The notes under the pieces were generated by a model. That model saw only the letters and a program-made list of their open reading frames with translations. It did no database searches and was not told the DNA's origin. From a virus (Duplodnaviria; Caudoviricetes), in the IMG/VR virus record IMGVR_UViG_3300037961_000628, positions 1 to 25,229 of that record: 25,229 nt of DNA, one strand, 5' to 3'. Shown piece by piece: positions 1 to 6,968 of this stretch (its first letter is position 1; each line of letters begins with the position of its first letter). Position numbers and translations under genes: made by a program.

Positions 1-240
1 TTACCGTTTAAATGTTTCGTGGGCGATGAACCAGAAATTTGCGAAAATATGTTTTCTGGTAAGAAGGTTTGTTTACCTGCCGATGCGGTTGCAGTCTATG
101 ACGTTATTATAGGTGGTCAATTGATGGCTGAAAAAACCAGTGACCCAAAGATGCGGGATAAGATGTACGAGGAAGTCCGCAAGGGGTGTCGTTGGTTTTT
201 GGAACATGAGCCGCATGCCTATTCGGTTTTGTTGGATTAG
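1..240 (+). CDS. Hypothetical phage protein, 5'-partial (frame open from window edge)
   Basis: Frame 1 reads LPFKCFVGDEPEICEN... without a stop from base 1 to TAG at 238-240. The ORF-track GTG at 19 is probably internal. Confidence 0.75.
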   Translation, partial: LPFKCFVGDEPEICENMFSGKKVCLPADAVAVYDVIIGGQLMAEKTSDPKMRDKMYEEVRKGCRWFLEHEPHAYSVLLD

Positions 241-252
241 GGGGGCAGTAGG

Positions 253-513
253 ATGACTTATTTAAGACAACTGACCAACAAACAGCTAAGAGTTTGTTTG
301 TTAGACGATATGGAAAATTTACGAGATGAATGCAGGGTAGTTGCACCAGATGACAGCATTGATGCTACGATTTCAGTGATCGAAGAAGTGTTCAGGCGTG
401 TTGACGTTCTTACAACAGAATTTGACAAGCGTGTGGGTCGTGGCAAGCCGCATGACCGACATGCGTTGTCCAACAAGTTAATCACAAATGCTTTGAAGCG
501 AGGAGATATATAA
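253..513 (+). CDS. Hypothetical early protein
   Basis: 86 aa ORF with a G-rich RBS (241-246). Its stop overlaps the next start (TAATG). Confidence 0.7.
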   Translation: MTYLRQLTNKQLRVCLLDDMENLRDECRVVAPDDSIDATISVIEEVFRRVDVLTTEFDKRVGRGKPHDRHALSNKLITNALKRGDI

Positions 514-743
514 TGGCACATATTGATTATACCGAAGATGGTAAGCCGTTCATCAGGGATGACTGGCATCTAGAAGATGTGGCGCAAGTCTGTGATCAAA
601 TGGATGTCACGCTGACTGAAGATCAGATGGAAGATGTCCTGCACGATATTGTTAATGGCTTTGATGCCAACCACGGCATCAGTTGGCATACGTTTGAATA
701 TGTTATTCATCAGCATAAACCTGTCGATGAGGAGGTGATATAA
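513..743 (+). CDS. Small acidic hypothetical protein
   Basis: AGGAG RBS and TAATG coupling at both ends. W-x3-DV...VL...DA-x2-GI-x-W pattern recalled from other phage small proteins. Confidence 0.8.
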   Translation: MAHIDYTEDGKPFIRDDWHLEDVAQVCDQMDVTLTEDQMEDVLHDIVNGFDANHGISWHTFEYVIHQHKPVDEEVI

Positions 744-1183
744 TGCCGTTTTTATATAAAGACACAGACAATTGGTCTGGGATTAAGTGGTGCGTTCGGA
801 CAGTGTATTGGCACGACAGTTATGGTCTTAACGACATGTGTACCTATGGCGGTGACTATAACCCATATGAAAGCCCCGACAATCCATTGGTCGAGTTCTA
901 CGACATGGATTCACTGGTCGCTAACACAGAGACAGGCGATGAGGAGTATGACGCAAGGATCAAGGAGCGAGGTCAGTTTGTCAGTCGGTACTATTTGAAC
1001 ACATTGAACGGCACTGATCGGGGATCGCCTGCATCTGCGCCTACGTTTGAAGACAAATGGGCTAATGGTTTAAATCTGGATGGTGGCATGGAACGCTGGT
1101 CGATATCTGGTGAGTTCTACACCAAGGCTATGCAAGCGGTGAATGCCGACTTCAGAAAGTGGAGGGACAAGAACGATGCCTAA
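743..1183 (+). CDS. Conserved hypothetical phage protein
   Basis: GAGGAGGT RBS. Contains the motifs PLVEFYD, GQFVSRYYL and GLNLDGG. Confidence 0.8.
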   Translation: MPFLYKDTDNWSGIKWCVRTVYWHDSYGLNDMCTYGGDYNPYESPDNPLVEFYDMDSLVANTETGDEEYDARIKERGQFVSRYYLNTLNGTDRGSPASAPTFEDKWANGLNLDGGMERWSISGEFYTKAMQAVNADFRKWRDKNDA

Positions 1184-1394
1184 GTACGAGGTGAATGTAC
1201 GCGAGACTGTTTGGTATAATTTCACTGTCGAAGCATGGACTGAAGAACAAGCCGAAGAGAAGGCTAGAAACATCTGGTGCAACGATGGTGAGGAAACCGT
1301 GGATCATGCTCAATGGTTAAGGTGGCGGCAGTCTGTTGAAGTGGACGGCGAGGTCGATGATTTTTTTCTAACGAAGAGTGAGGAAGAAGAGTGA
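1176..1394 (+). CDS. Small acidic protein, DpnD/PcfM-like
   Basis: Start re-assigned to ATG 1176 (GGAGG at 1161-1165). N-terminus MPKYEVNVRETVWYNFTVEAWTEEQAEEKA. Confidence 0.7.
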   Translation: MPKYEVNVRETVWYNFTVEAWTEEQAEEKARNIWCNDGEETVDHAQWLRWRQSVEVDGEVDDFFLTKSEEEE

Positions 1395-1582
1395 ACGTAA
1401 TAGGCGGGATGGTGTTGGCGTGTATGGGTACGCTGACACCAGTGGAGATACATTTAGAAATTTGGTCAACGCATAAATATCTATCCGCCTGCCATGTGGC
1501 ACTAACAGAGCGTGGTTTTGATTATCCAGATCAGCAGTGCTTTTGTGTTGACGTAAGAAATCTTATGCAAGGAGACAAGTGA
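1391..1582 (+). CDS. Small Cys-containing protein with hydrophobic N-terminus
   Basis: GTGA overlap with the previous stop and a GAGGA RBS. 63 aa with 4 Cys. Confidence 0.7.
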   Translation: MNVIGGMVLACMGTLTPVEIHLEIWSTHKYLSACHVALTERGFDYPDQQCFCVDVRNLMQGDK

Positions 1583-1797
1583 TGAAGAAAATTATTTTGG
1601 ATGCGTTGAAAGAACATGCGCGAGGAAACATTGCCCTGCATAGGGCAAACATTGAAGTCTATTTAAACAACCCTGCGGGGATTGGTGAGCACTCCGATAT
1701 TCTGGAAGCCATCCAAGGTGAGTTGGATAAAATTGCTGTGCATAGAGATAGGCTGGGGATTTTAAAACTTACCAAAGGGGTCGAGCAAGATGACTGA
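1582..1797 (+). CDS. Conserved marine phage helical protein (NPAGIGEH motif)
   Basis: AAGGAG RBS; start is GTG 1579 or ATG 1582. Motif ANIEVYLNNPAGIGEHSDILEAI. Confidence 0.8.
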   Translation: MKKIILDALKEHARGNIALHRANIEVYLNNPAGIGEHSDILEAIQGELDKIAVHRDRLGILKLTKGVEQDD

Positions 1798-2038
1798 GTG
1801 GATATCTGTCGAAGATCGTATGCCAGAGAAAGATAAGTCGGTCGAGTATAAAGCTACGGTGATGGAAGGTCATCCTTCCGAAACCGTCATCCAAGGTGTT
1901 GGAAAGTTCGTTGGCTGTTATGTCGATGATGAAGGCAAAGAGTGGGAAGATATGCATATGTTTGTTAATGACCACCACGGTGGTTGGTTGACCGGCGATG
2001 TTCAGTTCTGGAGGGAGGTCGAAGATGCAAACGTATAA
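1790..2038 (+). CDS. DUF551-like protein
   Basis: N-terminal EWISVEDRMPE signature and a C-terminal VQFWRE resembling the family's terminal VTHW motif. Confidence 0.75.
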   Translation: MTEWISVEDRMPEKDKSVEYKATVMEGHPSETVIQGVGKFVGCYVDDEGKEWEDMHMFVNDHHGGWLTGDVQFWREVEDANV

Positions 2039-2204
2039 GGTGACTGCCACGATGGATGTGGGTTACGAGTTAATAGTTGTAGCTCGTAATGAAGCCGAAG
2101 CGTGGGAAATTGCTGGTGATATCGATATAGACGGCTGGGAAAGTGTAGGCGGTCAAGACTGGACGCTGGAAAATGTATGGGAGATTGATGATGATAATGC
2201 TTGA
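2025..2204 (+). CDS. Small acidic protein, DpnD/PcfM-like
   Basis: Start re-assigned to ATG 2025 (GGGAGGT RBS). N-terminus MQTYKVTATMDVGYELIVVARNEAEAWEIA. Confidence 0.7.
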   Translation: MQTYKVTATMDVGYELIVVARNEAEAWEIAGDIDIDGWESVGGQDWTLENVWEIDDDNA

Positions 2205-2424
2205 ATTAACTCGCGTGTGCAGGACAAGTGGTCGTGATGATGGGAAGGTTTTTTTGACGGGCGATACGTTTTGTGTCAGTGAATCATCGCACCGCTGGGG
2301 CACGTTTGAACGCGACATATGTATCGTGGACAATGGCACACATAACAATGGTGGTTACTGGGTGGCCGAGTCCTATGGAAATATTGTGAGTGTGATAGAG
2401 GAGCAAACTGGACGATGCGGATAA
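2197..2424 (+). CDS. Hypothetical protein
   Basis: ORF fills the gap between coupled neighbours. The start is ambiguous (ATG 2188, 2191 or 2197) downstream of GGGAG. Confidence 0.65.
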   Translation: MLELTRVCRTSGRDDGKVFLTGDTFCVSESSHRWGTFERDICIVDNGTHNNGGYWVAESYGNIVSVIEEQTGRCG

Positions 2425-2624
2425 GGATCGGGGATCGTGTTTCGACGAAGTACGGCGAGGCATCCATCGTCACGATAGACGAGGTCAAGCTGGGGGAGAA
2501 GTATGGGCATGAGGTTTTTGAAGCAAACCTTGGTTCGGCGGACTCCATCCTGCGGACGAGGTATGTAGTGGATCTGGACAATGGTCATTGGGTATATGGT
2601 ACAGACATAAGAGAGATAGCCTAA
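2415..2624 (+). CDS. Hypothetical protein, possible small SH3-like beta-barrel
   Basis: GAGGAG RBS. IRIGDRV...G.ASIV.I pattern and C-terminal LDNGHWVYG. Confidence 0.7.
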   Translation: MRIRIGDRVSTKYGEASIVTIDEVKLGEKYGHEVFEANLGSADSILRTRYVVDLDNGHWVYGTDIREIA

Positions 2625-3004
2625 TGTGGAAGTATCTTCTTGTTCTGTGCATGGCTACCGATTTTAACGGAGCACCAGTTAATAAATGCTTTAGCACTTT
2701 CTCTGTGGAGAGGTACACAACGAAGGAAGCTTGTGTAGCACAGGGGAAGTTGAAGGACATGGAATATTATTTGAGGATGAGGGAGCTCAACGAGGGGCTC
2801 CCTATTATAAAAGTAGTTTGTTCACAAGAGGAGGGCATAGTACCGATGAGCAACAAAGTACCGACGTTCGAGGAGATAAGGGAAGCATTGAAGCTGCCCT
2901 TGGAAATAACTGTCCGGCATGACGCTATGGGCAGGGTCATCAAGAAGAATAATTATTCTGATGTGAAGAAAGTGAAGAAGACAAACCCGAAGGGAGCAAA
3001 GTAA
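2624..3004 (+). CDS. Cys-patterned (DUF1482-like) protein fused in frame to a basic C-terminal peptide
   Basis: TAATG coupling at 2622-2626 gives the start MWKYLLVLC. An internal RBS plus ATG lies at 2846. Confidence 0.7.
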   Translation: MWKYLLVLCMATDFNGAPVNKCFSTFSVERYTTKEACVAQGKLKDMEYYLRMRELNEGLPIIKVVCSQEEGIVPMSNKVPTFEEIREALKLPLEITVRHDAMGRVIKKNNYSDVKKVKKTNPKGAK

Positions 3005-3270
3005 TGTCTAATGGTAAGAGAGTGACTAGGGACATGCGTATCAAGTTTCTGGATATGCATAATAAGTTGAAGAACATGTGCAACATGATCGAGGAGACTG
3101 CGGATTGTAATTTATCTGACGTTAGGAATCTGCGTGAAGCTGTTTGCACGTTGCATAGCGAATTTAATTTTGCACCAGCCAGTAAACAGTCGTATTACTG
3201 GGGTGAGTGGGTGTTGAAAGAGGACGTTAAGGAAGAGACTGCGGACGAGGAGGTTGAAGAGCATGGGTAG
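3004..3270 (+). CDS. Hypothetical protein
   Basis: 88 aa, TAATG coupling, GGGAG RBS. Confidence 0.75.
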   Translation: MSNGKRVTRDMRIKFLDMHNKLKNMCNMIEETADCNLSDVRNLREAVCTLHSEFNFAPASKQSYYWGEWVLKEDVKEETADEEVEEHG

Positions 3271-3505
3271 AATGAAGCAAATGGCTATGGAACTTGAAGA
3301 GCAATTCATGGAAAAAATGCTTGAGGTCGCAGACCGAAGTGAAACTTATCTTAGTTTCACTTCGGAGATGGAAGGTCACATGGACATGGTCAGTCACTTA
3401 GATTTATCTGCCGTGCATGATATGATGGCGGAGACATGGGGCGAAGTCCAAGAGACCGCAGGTAAAGAAGCCTACGGAAACGTGGAGGTCTATGATGGTG
3501 ATTGA
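3263..3505 (+). CDS. Small acidic helical protein
   Basis: Start re-assigned to ATG 3263 (GAGGAGGT RBS). N-terminus MGRMKQMAMELEEQF. Confidence 0.75.
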   Translation: MGRMKQMAMELEEQFMEKMLEVADRSETYLSFTSEMEGHMDMVSHLDLSAVHDMMAETWGEVQETAGKEAYGNVEVYDGD

Positions 3506-3845
3506 GGCTGGCGACGGCACATGGCAAAAGCGGTTGGACGCAGGCCAGTGTCCGAAGTGTTGTCACAAACTTGAATTTTTTACCACAAAAAAATTAAGCT
3601 TACTGGTGTGTCCGCTATGTAAGCTAGAAATAATTTCAAGAGATCCGAAGGAGATCCCGATGTTAGAAACCAAATTGATGCCAAGCGAAGAAGATTTTTG
3701 CGCCACACCGGAAAAGATGTATTGGTCTGATGCGGTGAGTATAATTGAAAGTGTAATTGAAGACTGGTTGAACGATCCAGAGCCAGTGGATAAGGACACG
3801 GAAGCAGAGGTGCGGGAAGCATGGAAAAGAATTTTGCAGGGATAG
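3492..3845 (+). CDS. Zn-ribbon protein (CPKC...CPLC) with in-frame acidic C-terminal domain
   Basis: GGAGGT RBS and two CxxC pairs. An internal AAGGAG plus ATG lies at 3660. Confidence 0.75.
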   Translation: MMVIEAGDGTWQKRLDAGQCPKCCHKLEFFTTKKLSLLVCPLCKLEIISRDPKEIPMLETKLMPSEEDFCATPEKMYWSDAVSIIESVIEDWLNDPEPVDKDTEAEVREAWKRILQG

Positions 3846-4012
3846 GTCGGATCATTCGCATACTTGACGAAGAGCTCACAGAGTTGCAGACTGCGGGTCT
3901 CTACCGTGAAGCAGAAAAAACACGGAAGAGACTCGAAGTCTATCTCGACATGCGGGATAGAGCTCACTCAATAGCGGAAGGACTACCTGATGACGAAGAA
4001 CGACAACGATAA
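3821..4012 (+). CDS. Hypothetical helical protein
   Basis: 63 aa ORF overlapping both neighbours, with GAGGT/GGGA upstream. Confidence 0.65.
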   Translation: MEKNFAGIGRIIRILDEELTELQTAGLYREAEKTRKRLEVYLDMRDRAHSIAEGLPDDEERQR

Positions 4013-4232
4013 TGTTGTACATTTTCCTAGAAGGATGGAATTAAAAAAAGATCCAGTGCCCATCTTGTGTGAAATCGCAGGTACTATATTCAAGGATGTG
4101 GTCATACTTGGTACGGCGGAGGACGGGTCTATTAAAATGGTTACGACGCAAGAGGATGTTGCGGATATTTTATTTTATTTGGAAGCTGCAAAGTTTTCTA
4201 TTATGGAAGGTGGGCTATCAGAGCCTGAATAA
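3990..4232 (+). CDS. Hypothetical protein
   Basis: 80 aa. The NVVHFP N-terminal motif is common in small phage proteins. Confidence 0.7.
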   Translation: MTKNDNDNVVHFPRRMELKKDPVPILCEIAGTIFKDVVILGTAEDGSIKMVTTQEDVADILFYLEAAKFSIMEGGLSEPE

Positions 4233-4243
4233 CGGGGCAAAGC

Positions 4244-5689
4244 ATGAAATTTAAATATAAAACCAAACCGTATGAGCACCAGCGTATTGCGTTGGAGCGT
4301 TCATACGACAAAACCAATTACGGTTATTTTATGGAGATGGGTTGTGGCAAGTCTAAGGTTCTTATCGACAACATGGCGTGGCTATATGATCAGAAGAAGA
4401 TTGATACAGCCGTCATCGTTGCGCCCAAAGGTGTGTACCGCAACTGGCAGATATCTGAAATACCTGCTCATCTACGAGAGGACATTGAACACGAGGTATA
4501 TGTTTGGAATCCGAACCCAAACAAGGATCAACAAAGGCACCTCAAGGAAGGTATTGAGGAGCGTAAGAAGCTCCGCATACTCCTTGTCAACGTCGAAGGG
4601 TTTGCAACAGCCAAGGTACGAAAGTACATGGAGATGTTCGTTCGCGGATCGTCGTTTCTACTTGCGGTTGATGAGTCAACAACTATTAAGAATCCAAAGG
4701 CCAAGAGGACTAAGGCTCTGGTTGCGATTGGTAAAAGTGCATCGTTTCGCCGTATACTCACAGGATCGCCCGTTACAAAATCACCGATGGATCTTTACTC
4801 GCAATGCGGATTTATGGATACCAGACTCTTGGGACATGACTCCTACTACTCGTTTCAAGGACGGTACGCCATCACACGAACTCAACGGATGGGCAGCCAT
4901 AGCTTTCAGCAAATCGTGGGATATAGAAATCTTGAAGAACTTTCTACCAAACTGGATAGCTTCTCGTATCGCGTGACCAAAGAAGAAGCGCTGGATTTAC
5001 CCGCTAAAATATATACAGTTCGCGAGGTAAACTTAAACGACGAGCAGCGGCAGTATTACATGTCATTGAAGAAGGCAGCTATCGTACTTCTAAACGACGG
5101 TGAATTGGTGTCCGCTCCGGCAGTGATGACACAACTGCTGCGGCTGCAACAAGTGTTGTGCGGTCATTTGAAAACAGACGATGGCGACTTGGTAGAATTC
5201 AAAACTAATCGTATGGCTGCGCTGCTTGAGACCGTCGAGGAGATGTCAGGCAAAGTAATTATATGGTCGAGGTTTCGGTATGACATTAAAAAAATTACCG
5301 AAGAGTTGAAGAAGGTGTACGGTTGCGACAGCACGGTAAACTATTTTGGGGACACGAGCGACGCTGACCGGCAAGATGCGATCCGCAAGTTTCAGTTTGA
5401 GGACGCTAGGTTTTTTGTAGCTAACCCTCAAACCGCAGGTTTTGGTCTTACGTTAACCGCTGCGACTAATGTAATTTATTACGCTAACGATTTTAATTTA
5501 GAAACTAGGATTCAGTCTGAGGATCGATGCCACAGAATTGGTCAGCATCATCCTGTGACTTACGTTGATCTTGTGACCCGGGGTTCGATTGATGAATACA
5601 TTGTCCGTTCCCTTCGGGCGAAGATTGATCTTTCAGCGAAGACCCTTGGGGAAGAAGTTCGTCAATGGTTGGAGGTTTCACCCCGTTAA
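4244..5689 (+). CDS. SNF2-family (SF2) helicase/ATPase
   Basis: Motif I MEMGCGKS, motif II DEST(TIKN), motif III LTGSP, motif V GFGLTL, motif VI QSEDRCHRIGQ. Confidence 0.93.
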   Translation: MKFKYKTKPYEHQRIALERSYDKTNYGYFMEMGCGKSKVLIDNMAWLYDQKKIDTAVIVAPKGVYRNWQISEIPAHLREDIEHEVYVWNPNPNKDQQRHLKEGIEERKKLRILLVNVEGFATAKVRKYMEMFVRGSSFLLAVDESTTIKNPKAKRTKALVAIGKSASFRRILTGSPVTKSPMDLYSQCGFMDTRLLGHDSYYSFQGRYAITRTQRMGSHSFQQIVGYRNLEELSTKLDSFSYRVTKEEALDLPAKIYTVREVNLNDEQRQYYMSLKKAAIVLLNDGELVSAPAVMTQLLRLQQVLCGHLKTDDGDLVEFKTNRMAALLETVEEMSGKVIIWSRFRYDIKKITEELKKVYGCDSTVNYFGDTSDADRQDAIRKFQFEDARFFVANPQTAGFGLTLTAATNVIYYANDFNLETRIQSEDRCHRIGQHHPVTYVDLVTRGSIDEYIVRSLRAKIDLSAKTLGEEVRQWLEVSPR

Positions 5690-6059
5690 AATGTCTGTTA
5701 GCAGCATTTTTGCGTGATAGTTTTGGGTCAATATTACGGGAGAAATGATGAGGATAGCGATGGACTTCATAGGTGTCGAGGCAAACATAAAGTAATTGAA
5801 CGCCAAGCTGCCGTTGGAGGTTTGTTCTTTGTCGAGAGATTATTGTTCCATCACTGCGACGGGATACGGTCTTTACATCAAAACGATGTTCGATTCCCTC
5901 TTGATCTAACGCTATTAAATCGATTGGTCCTTGTTCGATGTACGGAGTATATACATAACAACCTTTCATAATTAAATAGTCAGCAGCAAGGAGCTCAGAT
6001 CGTTTACCCATTGCTATCTTATAATCAGGACCATCACTTATTTTTTTATTTTTTCGCAT
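5505..6059 (-). CDS. PD-(D/E)XK-family endonuclease (possible resolvase)
   Basis: G-x2-SE-x2-A-x2-YL-x3-G...P...IDLIA...FDVKT catalytic pattern and a GAGGT RBS. The last ~61 codons overlap the SNF2 gene antisense. Confidence 0.8.
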   Translation of the reverse strand: MRKNKKISDGPDYKIAMGKRSELLAADYLIMKGCYVYTPYIEQGPIDLIALDQEGIEHRFDVKTVSRRSDGTIISRQRTNLQRQLGVQLLYVCLDTYEVHRYPHHFSRNIDPKLSRKNAANRHFNGVKPPTIDELLPQGSSLKDQSSPEGNGQCIHQSNPGSQDQRKSQDDADQFCGIDPQTES

Positions 6060-6066
6060 TATTTAG

Positions 6067-6096
6067 TTGACCTCAAAAGTATTTATAGGATAAGTT
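6067..6096 (+). promoter_or_regulatory. Putative sigma70-type promoter in the divergent intergenic region
   Basis: TTGACC (6067-6072), an 18 bp spacer and TAAGTT (6091-6096), in an AT-rich gap upstream of the RHH gene. Confidence 0.4.
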
Positions 6097-6133
6097 GGGG
6101 CAACATAACATCTAAAACCGTGGAGGTAAAGCG

Positions 6134-6316
6134 TTGGATACAACAAAGTGGAAATCAATTGCTGTTTCAATAGATGTGTACGGGGCTTTGCGTGAAATGG
6201 CAGATGTCAATGATCGCAGTGTTTCAAAACAAGTGGCACACTTGGTACGCATGGCATCGGTAGATGCTTCTAACTCTGAAGCAAGGATTGCAGAAGCTGT
6301 TAGTAAGAGAGCTTAA
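6134..6316 (+). CDS. Ribbon-helix-helix (Arc/CopG-like) DNA-binding protein
   Basis: TTG start with a GGAGGT RBS. Beta strand KSIAV, then helix...RSVSKQVAHLV. Confidence 0.75.
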   Translation: MDTTKWKSIAVSIDVYGALREMADVNDRSVSKQVAHLVRMASVDASNSEARIAEAVSKRA

Positions 6317-6403
6317 AAAACAATTTGACTACGCTGTATCTGTTGTTGTAGGTACAGTGCCTCATACCCGAAGGGGTTAAACTTTAACGAAGGAGACAGA
6401 AAG

Positions 6404-6967
6404 ATGAGCGATATATTCTCGCTAATGGACGAGGAGGTCGATGCCGGTAAGTTCGACAAAGTAAGCGGTGAGAAGGGCAGCGCATTGTCTACCCTAATCC
6501 GTGAGTCTATCAAGATCGACGAAGAGATTGCACAAGCAGAGCAGTATCTGAAGGATCTAAAATTCAAGAAAAGAAAAGTTAACGAAGAAGACATACCATC
6601 TCTTATGCAGGAGATGGGTATGGATAGTATTACCGTTGACGGTAATAAGGTAGCACTTCGTCAATTTGTGCATGCTAGGATCACTGATGAAAAAAGGGAC
6701 GAAGCTTTTTCTTGGCTACGTTCTATTGGTGAAGGCGACATCATAAAGAATGATGTAACAGTTTCGTTCAACGTCGGTCAGGATAATATGGCCGGTGCGG
6801 TGATCGATGACCTTCGCAATCGGGGGTTTGAACCAGCGCAAAAAACTCACGTTCATCCGCAAACCTTAAAGGCTTGGGTGAAGGGGCGTATTGAATCTGG
6901 TAAAGACATCGACTTTGATACGTTCGGTATCTATGTCGGCACTGAAGCTAAAATTAAGAGGAACTAA
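6404..6967 (+). CDS. Conserved phage replication-module protein (coiled-coil N-terminus)
   Basis: AAGGAG RBS. Motifs IPSLMQEMGM, AFSWLRSIG.GDIIK and VHPQTLKAWVK, recalled from proteins found next to phage SSB genes. Confidence 0.85.
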   Translation: MSDIFSLMDEEVDAGKFDKVSGEKGSALSTLIRESIKIDEEIAQAEQYLKDLKFKKRKVNEEDIPSLMQEMGMDSITVDGNKVALRQFVHARITDEKRDEAFSWLRSIGEGDIIKNDVTVSFNVGQDNMAGAVIDDLRNRGFEPAQKTHVHPQTLKAWVKGRIESGKDIDFDTFGIYVGTEAKIKRN

Positions 6968-6968
6968 A

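Noticed and set aside
258-3967. Numerous minus-strand ORFs across the early region
   Set aside because: They lie fully antisense to a contiguous, RBS-bearing, translationally coupled + strand gene array.
4272-4976. 234-aa ORF nested in the +1 frame of the SNF2 gene
   Set aside because: It has no clear RBS, an Arg/Ser/Leu/Trp-rich off-frame composition and no motifs. It is long but best explained as a shadow of the helicase codons.
5714-5971. 85-aa + strand ORF after SNF2
   Set aside because: It lies antisense to the nuclease catalytic core and has no recognisable features.
6040-6054. A-run at the start of the nuclease gene as a frameshift or phase-variation site
   Set aside because: The ORF is intact and no alternative frame product is evident. 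A-rich 5' ends are common.
6313-6388. Possible CtrA boxes (TTAA-N7-TTAA)
   Set aside because: The spacing or the second half-site does not match.
1143-6968. Longer ORF-track starts at 1143, 1998, 2173, 2588, 3254 and 6891
   Set aside because: Downstream ATGs have better SD spacing and minimal overlap with upstream genes.
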